Below are positions 14,190 through 26,143 of a stretch of 64,000 nucleotides of DNA, piece after piece (the stretch's first letter is position 1; each line of letters begins with the position of its first letter). Under the pieces are notes generated by a model, which saw only the letters and a list, made by a program, of their open reading frames with translations, was not told the DNA's origin and made no database searches. The DNA lies in NCBI GenBank assembly GCA_951406725.2, contig OX597818.1, positions 81,406,001-81,470,000 of the forward strand, read 5' to 3'. Origin of the DNA: Octopus vulgaris (lineage: Eukaryota). A program made the position numbers and the translations under genes.

Positions 14190-14330
14190 GGCTTCAAATT
14201 TTGGTGCGAGGTAAGCAGTTTTGGTGGGGTGAAGTGATAAGTCGATTAAATTGACTCCAGTGTTCAACTGGTACTTATTTTATCGATCTCGATTGGATGA
14301 AAGGCGGCAAAGTCAACTTCGGAAAATTTT
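14190..14330 (-). mobile_element. SINE family B fragment
   Basis: AAGTCGATTA...CCAGTGTTCAACTGGTACTTATTTTATCGA...GGATGAAAGGC. Confidence 0.7.
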
Positions 14331-14639
14331 TTCGTACGTTCACTTGCGTAGGTTAGCAACAGTCAGTGACTGAGGGAACATGGTTCATTGACCGGAAACA
14401 TGTTGAATTATATATATCGTTAGCCAAAGAATCCTGATTCTGGCAATATATAAATACGTCTAGTATCAAATTTTTCCATGGACACTTACAATGCTACAAT
14501 GGATGCCTAATTGACAATTTTCTTTGCGTGGACCTCACTAAAGTTTATATGGATTCCGAGAGGTCATAAGGATCCCAAGAGATCATTCTGGACCCCAGTT
14601 GAGATCACTAGTCTGAAACGTCTAAACGTCTGTTTGTGT

Positions 14640-14640
<1 letters not shown>

Positions 14641-14692
<52 letters not shown>
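14641..14692. repeat. (CAG)n microsatellite
   Basis: Pure CAG array with no coding context. Confidence 0.95.
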
Positions 14693-14693
<1 letters not shown>

Positions 14694-15024
14694 TGTAGAG
14701 CATTTCATATTGTGGTCTGAACTGAGCTTTGTAGTATTGTAGCTGTTGTTGTTGGTAGTGTGAGAATTACAAGTGATTTTGATATTGGAATGGTTTTTGA
14801 GATTCGTGTTGTCGTTGAGTGCTGAAGTATTTGGGGGGATGCCGAAAAGGAAGACATATTTCAATTTTTGTAGAAAGACTTTGATAATAGCATTTTCTCA
14901 TGTTCATTGATAATAGCATTTTCTCTTATGCATAGGTACTACATAAAAAAAAAATATCCATAGACTCCGAATGGATTTGAATTTCAGACAACTGAGACAA
15001 ATCATTGGAGAACACTATTCTTAT

Positions 15025-15465
15025 TCTTTTATTGTCTTACTTGTCTCAGTTATTTGGTTGCGGCCATACTGGAGCACTACCTTAAAGGATTTTAGTCAAA
15101 GAAATCGACCCCAGAGCTTACTCGCTTACTCTTTGTAAGCTATGTACTTATTCTATTGGTCTCTTTCGCCGAACGGTTGAATTACGGGGAAGGAAACACG
15201 CCAACATCGTTTGTCAAGCGATGGTGGGGGACAAACACCGACACACACACATAAATATATACATACATAGATATGTGTTTATATATTTTTCTCTCCTTTT
15301 TTTCTCTCCTTGTTTCTCTCCTTGTTTTCTGTGTCCCTTTCTGTAGATGAGCGTAGGCTCGAAACGTAAAAGACTTTTTCTATTCCTGAGCGTTATACTA
15401 ATACACCTGTTTGTTTTGTACACCAACTATCTCCGTCTTTTGTTTTTTTCCATAAACTCTCCCTT

Positions 15466-15505
<40 letters not shown>

Positions 15506-15622
15506 CGACGAGCTTCTTTCAGTTTCCGCCTACCAAATCCACTCACAAAGCCTTGGTCAGCCCGAGGCCAAGGTAGAAGACACTTGCCCAAGGTGACAGT
15601 TAGTGGGACTGAACCGGGAACG
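15025..15622 (-). mobile_element. SINE family A, interrupted in its internal microsatellite by an HHR element
   Basis: 3' half at 15025-15250 and 5' half at 15503-15622, with the HHR element and (TA)n between them. Confidence 0.85.
15285..15465 (+). mobile_element. ~190-bp HHR element (PLE pseudo-LTR-like)
   Basis: HHR-like CUUU-CUGUAGA-U-GAGC[GUAG]GCUC-GAAA-C-GUA-AAAG at 15337-15372; ends in (TA)n; five copies in the window. Confidence 0.8.
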
Positions 15623-16113
15623 ATGTATATCATATACAAAATGCATATGGACTGGGTCTGAACAACAACAAGGGTGATGCCAACACCCACAACATGTTTT
15701 TATTTTTCAGGCCACGTTTCCAATGAAGTGTGCTCGTGATACTTTTAATTACCGCTGCCCTCATGTCAATCTCGATTGAGTCTATCAATGAGGAGGAGCG
15801 TTTCACGCATGACCATTTTGTCTTTATCTCCAGACGACATTGTCCAATTTTCTTGTGTCTTCGGAAGGTCATTATGACAATTTTGAACACATGCACTGGT
15901 TGTATCTCATTTCTTGCATTATAATTAGACGATTGCTTAACTGTTTACCCAATTAATTAACAGATTGTTTGATAAATCGTTAGGTCAATAAACCAATCAG
16001 CAAGATTTACCAAAGCTCTTTCATTTGCGACCTCATCAGTGACGTGCCCTCTCTACTCCAAGTCTGCTTCAGGTTTGGTTATCACTTAGTTTATGAGTTC
16101 TATATATTTATAT

Positions 16114-16395
16114 GGTGGAGGCATAGTGGTTAGAGCAGCGGCCTCGCGGTCGAGGGATCGCAGGTTCGAATCTCAGACCGGACGATCTGTGTGTTTATGA
16201 GCGAAACACCTAAGCTCCACGCGGCTCCGGCTGAAGGTAATGGCGAACTTCTGCTGAGTCTTTCGCCACAACTTTCTCTCACTCTTGCAGCTCACCTGCG
16301 ACGGACCGGTGTCCCGTCCAGGTGGGGAACCTATACGCCACGGAAACCGGGAAGCCGACCCAACGAGCTAGGCATGGCTCGAGAAGGAACAGAAA
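16114..16395 (+). mobile_element. tRNA-derived SINE (family D head, different tail)
   Basis: TAGTGGTTAGAGCAGCGG...GGTTCGAATCTC; the body GAGCGAAACACCTAAGCTCCACG is shared with the 33535 and 48227 copies. Confidence 0.8.
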
Positions 16396-16461
16396 GAATA
16401 TGTTTATATGAATGTGTGAAAGAATGTGTGCGAGAGAGCATGTGTGTGTCTGTGAGTGTGT

Positions 16462-16492
<31 letters not shown>

Positions 16493-17302
16493 GGAGCGAA
16501 TACAAATGTGGATGTGTGTGCATGTATATGTTTGTGCGTATGTGAGTGTGCATTCGCGTGTGCACTGGTGTGTGTGTGTGTGTGTGTGTGTATTTATAAT
16601 TGGCATCATGACCTTCATATCAAGAATCTTCTAAGCGAAACATAAAACCGAAGTACACCATCCGGTGAAGCGTCCTTCTTTAGAGACAGTTGTGTGATTT
16701 GAAGGTGATTTAGTTGTTAATTCTAGCCGGTCTATCACCCACGTAAAGGAATCCTCATTCACTTGAGTAATGTCTATGTCTGTATCGTGTTGAGTTGGTC
16801 GGGGAAAGCGGTTCAATCTGACAAACCGAATTCATATGGCGTTACTCTTCTTAGATTGAGTGGCTTCCTGCCAGCTAGTTAGAAACTTCGACGGAAACAA
16901 TCAAAGCCATACAATACAATGACGGCAAACAAAAGGGGAAACCTATACGCTGTCATTCGACATGCAAGAAATAGCGGCCAAATCTTCCTCAAGTCTCATC
17001 CTACAGTCTTGGAAAATAGGAACACGTTGATTAATGGCATTATGGGATCATTGAGCCTAGGTAAAAAGAGGCAGGAGGATCACGTTTGGAATGTCTTTGA
17101 TCATAGGTCAACTTAATATAAGGGCCTAACAACCTCTTCCTGCTACTCCTCTTCCTCGTCGTCATCATCATCAACAGCGTCACCGTTGTTGTTATACACC
17201 ACAATTTATCACCAATGTCGTCGTCGTCGTTGTCATCATGATCATGATCATGATCATGATTACCATCACCATCACCATTATCATAATGATTGTCATCATC
17301 AC

Positions 17303-17362
<60 letters not shown>

Positions 17363-17364
17363 CG

Positions 17365-17402
<38 letters not shown>

Positions 17403-17726
17403 TCCAAAGTCATCGCTATCGTCGTCGCCGTCGCTATCGTCATCGTTTCAGAGGGACACTTTACCTCCATTATTTCTCTCATCCCATGTAAAAACAAAAC
17501 AAAACAAAACAACAAATGTGGTAACAGACGATCTTATCTCATATTTTTAGACATCATCAGACATAAATCTATTTAGAATATGAATCAGACAACCTCCACC
17601 TCATTCAGATGTGCTTTATACACATACATGCACTGCTAAGCAGACAGCATACGCATATACATAGATATATGTATTGATTTTCATATAACACACATATGTA
17701 TACATGAATACATACGTACATAAATT

Positions 17727-17824
<98 letters not shown>

Positions 17825-18389
17825 CATATACATTCACACATACATACATATACATATATTTATATACACATATAGATATATAAATAAATACACACACACA
17901 TACATTCACAAATAGATACATATTTATTTAGTTCTGTAAATATGTGCGTGTGCGTGCGTATGTGTGAGTATGTGTGAGTGTGTGTATGTGTGAATGTGTG
18001 TATGAGTGTATGTGTATGTGCCTCTGTGCAAAATTCTGCTGAAAGAGAACTTTGCCTGTTATCCTTTTGGGGTATCGATAACATAAAGTATCAGCCAAGT
18101 ACTTGGGTCGTCTAATCCCTAGAGTTGGTGACTTTTTCGTCAAAATTTGAAATATATTTACTCTTATATTCTTGTATAAATTTGTTTCTATGGAATGGGT
18201 TAGAGTTCAGGAATTGATATAGCTTTCAGTGCTCATTTTAAGTGCTTGACACCCCCAGTATCTTCTATGTAGGAGCAAATACGCACATAGATACACGTAC
18301 ATATACACAGATTCATACAGCTAAACCTGAGAGGCATTTGATGTACTTATTTGTTACAAACTTGTGCGTGTTAAGTGTGAGTGTAAATG

Positions 18390-18547
18390 ACGTGGCTGTG
18401 TGGTAAGAAGCCTGCTTCCCAGCCACATGGCTTCGGTTTCAATCCCATGGCACCATGGGCAAGTGTCTTCTACTATAGCCTCGGGCCAACCAAAGCCTTG
18501 TGAGTGGACCTAGTAGATTGTTAGATGGAAACTGAAAGAATCCCGTC

Positions 18548-18550
<3 letters not shown>
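18390..18550 (+). mobile_element. SINE family A, 5' half (split by Penelope insertion)
   Basis: GTGGCTGTGTGGTAAGAAG...GGAAACTGAAAGAA.CCCGTCG followed by (TA)n; the 3' half resumes at ~20520. Confidence 0.85.
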
Positions 18551-18615
<65 letters not shown>

Positions 18616-18657
18616 AAACAAGTCAAAAATAGAAAATGCTAAGATAATTTTATAGTG

Positions 18658-18710
18658 AATCTTTCAGTACCGGTTTCGGTCATTTTGAGACCTTTTCAAC
18701 TGTAACGATT
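18658..18710 (-). ncRNA. Minimal type-I hammerhead, U3-A8 core variant
   Basis: AAUC.guua.CAG-UUGAAAA-GGUC[ucaaaau]GACC-GAAA-CCGG-UA-CUG.aaa.GAUU; located at the 3' end of the PLE. Confidence 0.75.
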
Positions 18711-19343
18711 AAATAATTAAATTTAGAAAAATTAGAAGAAAAGTCTTTTTAAAAGAATATTTCTATAGTAGTGTTCAGATATAAGTAGCATTCTGCCTTT
18801 CTCTGACTCCCTTGTTTGCACTTGTGTGTTCGAGGTCGTTGTGAGTTCTTGGTAGGGTAGGTGAAGAATAAGGAGGCTGATGTGGAGAGGGGGTGGGGAA
18901 ATCTGGGAATGCCTTGATGGTCGTATTTTGAATGGTCAGTGGCTGACAGCAGTCGCAGTTCAATTCAGGAATTGTTTATGGAATTTGCGTAGGCGTTATA
19001 CTGAAAGACATTAGTGACAAGGTTAAGGGGTAGAAGGTGGAGAAGTAGAAGAAGAAGAAGAAGATGACGATGTTGATGATGATGATGATGAAGAAGAAGA
19101 AGAAGAAGAAGAAGAAGAAGAAGGAGAAGGAGAAGATGATGGTGATGATGGTGGTGATGATGATGACGACGATGATGATGATAATGATGATGATGAAGAA
19201 GAAGAGGAAGAAGAAGAAAAAACAGAGAAGGGAGAATATGAATGGGTGAAAGTATAGCTGTGACGGGGCTGATTAGTAATGGATTCTATGGAGTGTAATA
19301 TTTGTGTGTGTATATATTTCTTTTATTCTAAAGTTGAGGTATA

Positions 19344-20478
19344 TTAATTGTTTGTCGTAGACCCGTTAAGAAATGGCCTGTATTTTGTAATAAAGAGATT
19401 TTCTTTACTTATTCGTTGTCTCGAGGTTGTATCGTCCCTAAATTGGTAGAGGGGGAAAATCCTGAACTTTGGTGTTTTTTTGTTGGCGCAAGTATCTATG
19501 TGTTGGCTAAAAGCTATTTTTCTGTTTTGGGGAATTTTTATCTGGGATCTGTGCAGGGCCATTCGTTTACGCAAACCATTTTTTGTTTGGCCTATGTACT
19601 GCTCTTGACACCCGGAGCAGGTTAGTGAGTATATTAGGTTCTCCGAAGCACATGTGAAGTTGCTTTTCACTGTAAACCGTTGTCCCTGTTTGAAGGAGAA
19701 CTCTGATCCCTCTATTAGATAGTCGCATGTCCCGCAATTGGGTCTTCCACATTTTTTTACTGTCGGCTTCTGTGTTGAAGAGTGAATTCGGGCTTGTGTT
19801 AGGAGACTTTTCATGGATCTAGGCTGTCTTTTGCTTTTTATGATCGTGTGTGTTTGGAGGATTGTGTTCATTCTGTGGTCTTTTTTTAGGAGGGGTATGT
19901 TGTGGAGGATGGTGCCGAAGGCTTCGTTATTGAGAGGGTTGTGTGTGGAGATGTATGGTAAGGCTTTTGGTTGTAAGTTTTTCTTTGATTTGGGATGTCT
20001 CAGTTCCTTGATGTTAAGTTGAAGGGCACGTTGAATGCACTTGTCAATAAGTGAAGGTGGATAGTTCCTGGTGATAAGGGTATCTTTTAGTTCTTGTAGT
20101 CGTGTGTCTCTGGTGTTTGCGTTAGAGACTATAGTGCATATCCTCTTTGCTAGATTGAAGGGGATATTCATCCTGGTGTGTCTGGGGTGGCATGAATTGA
20201 ATGGAAGATATTGCTTAGAGTCTGTAGGCTTATAGTATATGTCTGTTTCTATTATATTATTAGCTTTCTTAATGAGGATATCGAGGAAGGGGAGTTGTTG
20301 CTGGCTATATTCCATCGTGAATTGGATGTTTACGTCAAGTCCGTTTAAAATTTCCTGGAATTCTATGAGTTTTTCTATATTTTTATGCCAAAGAATGAAA
20401 CAGTCATCTAGATATCTCTTCCAGTTGTTTTCTATATAGATGGAGAAAGGGCTGCCATATCTTTCTAGAACCTTACGA
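19344..20478 (-). CDS. PLE reverse transcriptase C-terminal half, thumb and GIY-YIG endonuclease (uninterrupted but 5'-truncated)
   Basis: WKRYLDDCF (YxDD), LPFLDI, TDIYYKPT, SCHP, linker Zn-knuckle CGRPNCGTC, NLIYSLTCSGC..YIGQT..LRKRMALH. The first ~85 aa of the listed ORF come from SINE/microsatellite sequence and are not real. Confidence 0.9.
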
Positions 20479-20519
20479 TACAGACATGTATGTATACATG
20501 TATATATACACACACACAC

Positions 20520-20762
20520 ATACACACACACACACACACATATATGTGAGTGAGTCTTTGTCTTTGTTCCCCCACCATCGCTTGGCAACGCTGATGGAGT
20601 GTTTACGCCCCCGTAAACTAGCAGTTCAACAAAAGAGACCAATAGAATAGTACTAGGCTTACAAAGAATAAGTCGTGAGTTTGACTTCGACTGAAAAAAA
20701 GCCTTTAAGACGGTGTTCCAGCATGGCCGCACTCAAATGACTGAAACATGTAAAAGAATAAA
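20520..20762 (+). mobile_element. SINE family A, 3' half
   Basis: CCCCCACCATCGCTTG.CAAC...AAAAGAGACC.ATAGAATA.GTACTAGGCTTACAAAGAATAAGTC...CCAGCATGGCCGCA.TCAAATGACTGAAACA.GTAAAAGAATA. Confidence 0.85.
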
Positions 20763-22206
20763 TACATTTAGGTTTTTACCCCAGATGACATCGAGAGATT
20801 GAAAGGTATTGGCCAGGTGTCGAAACCATAGTGATATCCGTATGGGCAGCAGATGATGAGAATATATATTCCATATGCTTTTTATCAGTTTTTTTTATAA
20901 GTTGTGGTCTTGTTATTCTGAGTTGTCCTTTATTCCCATAAAGTTGAAAGTGTGGATTCATACTGATACTGATGTTGGGTGGTTTACTTCATAATCTCAT
21001 CAGCCTTAATTACGCTTAGATTATGGTTTCCAGCTTTGGGAGTTTCTGGGGACATACATACATACATATAAATGTATGACATATACATGTAAGTATGCTA
21101 TTACTTCTATCCATACACAGAGTCACGCAATATGAATGTTTTTTTGTGCATATGCGATTGCCAGTGTATTTGAGGTTTTAGCGACACCAATTTGTCTAGT
21201 TTGTTACAACACAATTTGTAATGGCAACGAATTATTTATTCATTGCTAGCGAGAGAAAAAGAAAGGGGAAGAGAGAGAAAGAGTTAGAAAGAGAGGGGGA
21301 AGAGAAAGGGAATGAATAGGTGTGTTGTGTGAAAGAGAGAGGGAGAGAGAGAGAGAGAGAGAGAGAAAGAAAGTGAATGAATGTGTGCAAGAAAAGGCGA
21401 AAGAGTGAGAGAGAAACGCTAACAACCAATTGTTACCTGGATGGTGAATGCGTGTTACAAATTTGGGCATCAACATTTCTTTATTTTTCTTGTGTGTGTG
21501 TGTACAAGGAGACAACAAACTTAGTTCATGAGACACCGTTCAGAAGCGGAAGTCTTCATCACTTGGTGAAGGAGGTCTATGATCGCTGATGCTTTCAGGC
21601 ATCGTGCATGAATATATATGTCCCTGTGTCGCTCTGTGTATCTTTGTCCCTACGTATACAAACACTTCCTCTTTTTCTCTCTCTTCTCCCCGTCCTTAAT
21701 TCCTCTGTTCCTCATTTCCTCTCTCTTCTCTTCACACGTGACTGACTGACCGACAGCTGGCCTTTTGGGGTCTAGCAGCGGTAGCGGTAACACCAACATT
21801 TTTTTCTCTCTGCCTCAAGGCACATACCTAACACGCCAGCTGAGTTTAATTCATCTAGTCGAAAGACGCCTGTTTGTGATGTCCTATTATTGTTATTTTA
21901 TTATTATTATTGTTTCTACGTATTATTATTATTATTGTTTTTACGTATTATTTTTGTATTCATATTCGTGTAACATCGCTCGTTTTTTCGTCCTTGTTTT
22001 GTATACATTCGAAGCTTTCTTCCAAGGAATCTAATGCGCTTAGCTTAGTTTTTCATTGGGGCTGGCCAGATTGGAGCAATCTCAAGATTAATCAGCCGAA
22101 ATTGCGAGGATGGTCCGGTTCTTGCCTGAAGATTGAAAGCTTCGAATGTCCCGTACGTGTTTTTTGTATCGTCTCCTGTGTGTTTTGCATTCTTGTCCCA
22201 GTTTGT

Positions 22207-22277
<71 letters not shown>

Positions 22278-23299
22278 ATTCATTTGTGGGTTAACAGTTC
22301 GGTCTTGAGAACCATTCTCACTATTCGATACTAGCATTCCCTTCATGTGTGTTTGTGTGTGGGGGGTGTGTGGCACAGGGGGGAACACACATATGCACGC
22401 GAACTATATAATGTATATAAAATAGTGAAATTACATAGGGTTAGCGTTAAAGGTTTGACAATGTGATGCAAAATATTACTGAATAGTGTATAAATAATTA
22501 TATAACTAAATAAATGGATGAATAAATAAATTGAATGTAATAACAAGAATAAACAAATGATGTAAAATTAAAATAAGCGAAAATTAATGGCAGAAAAAGA
22601 GGGTCGATTAAACATAGGAAATTAAGTATGGCGGTAAATTGTCTCTTTTTGTTAGATGAATGTTCTTTACTATGAGGGGAATTCAATGCTGGTTAATAAA
22701 TCGCAATAAAAGAACAGTAGAAAACGGTATACAAAACTGTAAAATAAAGAATGTAGTGTACAAACTGAAACGTAAAAAAAACAAAAAAAAAAAAACGATG
22801 ATGTAGCGAATTGTTGGTGTCGATATATCAAATATATAATGGTTACAGCCTTTAAAGGCTGATATATAGTGTAGATGCATCGTCCAAAGTAGTAGCGATC
22901 TTACAAAGACATTTTAATATCGATGAGGGCAATGGGTAAACGTTTGAATATTTCCAGGGATGATTAGGGGCATGCAGAATGTTGTCCAGTTGGTAGTTAG
23001 AAGAATCATAGAAGGAACTTCCTTTGAAGAGGACATGAAAATTCAACTCTGAAATAGAATTTTATAGTCTGAGGGGTTGAGTGAGGTTGTTCAATTTTTC
23101 TTCCAAGCAGAAGTGACGTTGTTAATGTTTATATGAGATGTAAAAGACTCTATAACATACCATTTGATGTAGTTGGTGATGCTTTTCTCTTTTAAGCTCC
23201 AAATGTTTATATGAGCTGTAGAAGACTCTATAACAGACCAAAGGTCTGTTATAGCCTCTCCTTTGGTATGCGCTCCAAACGTATTTCGAACGACCTGTT

Positions 23300-24090
23300 G
23301 CTTATTCCCTTTTCTCATGTCCGAAAGTGCACGCATGCTGGGTATATCTCAATCTAAATGTGCTCCCAGTAAGGCATATGTAGTACCCTGCACCTTGACT
23401 GCCACTGCTGGCTGAGACTTCAGCACTGTAAATGATACTTTCCTGAAGGCATCTACCACCAAGACGGCATTCACCCCTGCCGAGGCAACTGCAGTGAAGT
23501 GAGAAAGTGCATACCAAAGGAAAGGCTGGGGAACAGGCAAAGTCTTCCGTGTAGCCATATCCAGAACTGGGGATTACATGTTTTCAAAAATCTCGTGAAA
23601 TTATGGTCACTTTGGAAGTGTCTGCTCATTAGGCTCAGGAATGGTTCGGCAGCACTGGCTCCAACGTCCAAACCGAAATGGGGTTGCACCACCCATCTCC
23701 CACCTCTCTGGTCCTCCTAGCGCTAGCTGCTCCGTGTCGATAGATTTCATGACATCGTTAAGGCCACGCTGCAAAACATAATAGCACAGACAAAAGATCC
23801 CTTACAGGACGAAACCTCAGGCACATCTCCACCAATATTTCTCGAATGTTAGGTAGGTGATTAGAGCCTCCACTAATGCAATGAATGCCTTCTCTAGGTT
23901 GCAGGATGCTAAAGTTAAATCCACAGTGATATCCAAGACGTCCACTACACTACTATCAGGACCAACAGTAACGCTGAGGTCGAACCTTCTAAGCTCGTAA
24001 ATTAAATTCTTTGCAAGACAGTCCATTTGGTGCCCAACCCTATCAAATGTTAATATAAGACCACCCTGTCTACATAGCTGAATCAAAACA
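23300..24090 (-). mobile_element. Degenerate Naiad-type Penelope-like element (RT, linker and GIY-YIG pieces)
   Basis: Fragments LCRQGGL..GHQMDCLAKNLI..VVDVLDITVDL (RT), QPHFGLDV..FLSLMSRHF..H (linker) and CSC..CRLGGRCLQESIIYSAEV..YYICLTGSTFRLRYTQH (EN); frameshifted. Confidence 0.75.
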
Positions 24091-24499
24091 TGGTATTAAA
24101 AAAAAAGAAAGTAAAAGACCCATAAGGTTGCGAACCTATGCTCCACTACAACAGCCCTGTCGAACAACAAAAAGCTCTGATCCAGCACACTTTACCCACA
24201 GAGCACTGCCAAAGGAAAGGAGTGATACCCTGACACGCACCGTAAAGTCGATGCCAAGAGCTTCCACTGCAGCATATCAGCAGGCAAAACCTAACGCTCC
24301 TCACTCCATCAACAGTCCTCTACTCAGTGATAGAAGGGCGAAAATCAGTTATATCAAATTGAGTGAAGTTACAGCTCCGATTGATGTTTATGCATTGAAC
24401 GGCATAACGGGCAAACCGTTTGAAAAATATTCATTACCCACGTGATATAGTAATTGATTCTATAAGTTATTACAGAATAATCCAGAGAAATACGATTAT

Positions 24500-24723
24500 A
24501 GATTTCAAATTTTGGCACAAGGCCAGCGATTTAGGAAGAGGTCAGCGATTTAGCAAGTCGATTAGATCGATTCCAGTGCTCAAATGGTAGTTATTTCATT
24601 GACCCCGAAAGGATGAAAGGCAAAGAGAACTGTGGCGAAATTTGAACACGGGACATAAAGACGGACGAAATACTACTGATCATTTTGTTCGGCGTGCTAA
24701 CGATTCTGCTAGCTCACGGCCTT
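24500..24723 (-). mobile_element. SINE family B
   Basis: Full head (..GGCGTGCTAACGATTCTGCTAGCTC..CCTT on +) and body. Confidence 0.8.
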
Positions 24724-25071
24724 AGAAGAATACCATTATGACCGGGATACGAAAGTAAGCATCCTTGATTTGAAACTAGTCTTTTAAGTGCCAATGAAAG
24801 AAATTTCGTCCATTGATCTACGCTTAATTTATGCTAATTATCTATAAAAAAGACATATATTCTCATTTGCTATGTTCGATTTTCCCGTTTACAAAACATA
24901 TACACACCAAACCTGTACACAGTACGCGCACGTGCGCACGCACACATAGACATACACGCACGCGTGCACACGCACAAACGCACACGCGCACACACACACA
25001 TGTATACATACGTATGTGTGTGTATGTGTGTGTAGGGTTGTAGGAATATATAGGTGGACACGCACACCCAA

Positions 25072-25146
<75 letters not shown>

Positions 25147-25363
25147 GTATAGATAAGCACACAGACATATATGCATGTATGAATTCTCATGCATGGATGC
25201 ATTTGAATGTGCAACAGAGAGAATATTTGTTGATTTTGCTGTTGTGCTGCTTTCATATATAACAATAGAGATATTTCGTGTCATGTTTGTCCCTATCTGT
25301 TTGTTGAGTGGCGACAAGACTGGACGTGACTAGAGAACAAACACATACACAAAGACATACAGA

Positions 25364-25395
<32 letters not shown>

Positions 25396-25735
25396 TCTAC
25401 ACACGTTCACGCATACACACACACAAACAGAAACAAACACACACATATAGATACACTATTATACTCAGGTATATGTATAGACAAATATATACAAACTTAT
25501 ATATACGTATACACACACACAAATATATACACATACATAGATGCATACATATATATATGTGCGTATGTATGTATGTATGTATGTATGAATATATGATTCC
25601 ATATGCATGTTCGTGCACAGAACAAAAGACCCCGAAATACACATGAAGTATATCTACATTTGTGTATGGGTGTATCTATTGTTGGTATATACGTATATAG
25701 ATATACATACATACGTACTTACATTCATTCATTCA

Positions 25736-25771
<36 letters not shown>

Positions 25772-25818
25772 TTTGTAAATATACATGAATACGTATGAAT
25801 AATTATAACTCAACTGTG

Positions 25819-25878
<60 letters not shown>

Positions 25879-25937
25879 TCTGTATATACATACACACATA
25901 TATATATGTAGATATTAGATATATATTATATGTGTGC

Positions 25938-25968
<31 letters not shown>

Positions 25969-25979
25969 CATACATATAC

Positions 25980-26014
<35 letters not shown>

Positions 26015-26143
26015 CATACATGCATGCATATAAATACGAAGAAAATTGCTGTGTAATGATAACTGTATCAATAATCAATGATACGGGCAATTAGAAGTGG
26101 AAGATAGAAGGACATCAGCTACTGCAGATGGCCATGTGATATA

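Larger units (their letters stand above)
18612..20478 (-). mobile_element. 5'-truncated Penelope-like element (Neptune-type) with 3' HHR-bearing pseudo-LTR
   Basis: RT/EN ORF, 3' UTR, HHR at 18658-18710; abuts (TA)n at 18549-18611. Confidence 0.9.

Noticed and set aside
14881-14925. 19-bp direct repeat TTGATAATAGCATTTTCTC
   Set aside because: An ordinary small tandem duplication.
15700-15925. Possible host exon after TTTTTCAG
   Set aside because: All three frames after the AG stop early, and no recognisable protein motif appears on either strand.
20479-20732. N-terminal ~85 aa of the 462-aa ORF as a real fusion protein
   Set aside because: It is antisense SINE A plus microsatellite that happens to be in frame with the truncated PLE; there is no evidence of expression.
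22850-23290. L1/Tx1 ORF2 C-terminus
   Set aside because: The resemblance is only Trp spacing, with no diagnostic motif.
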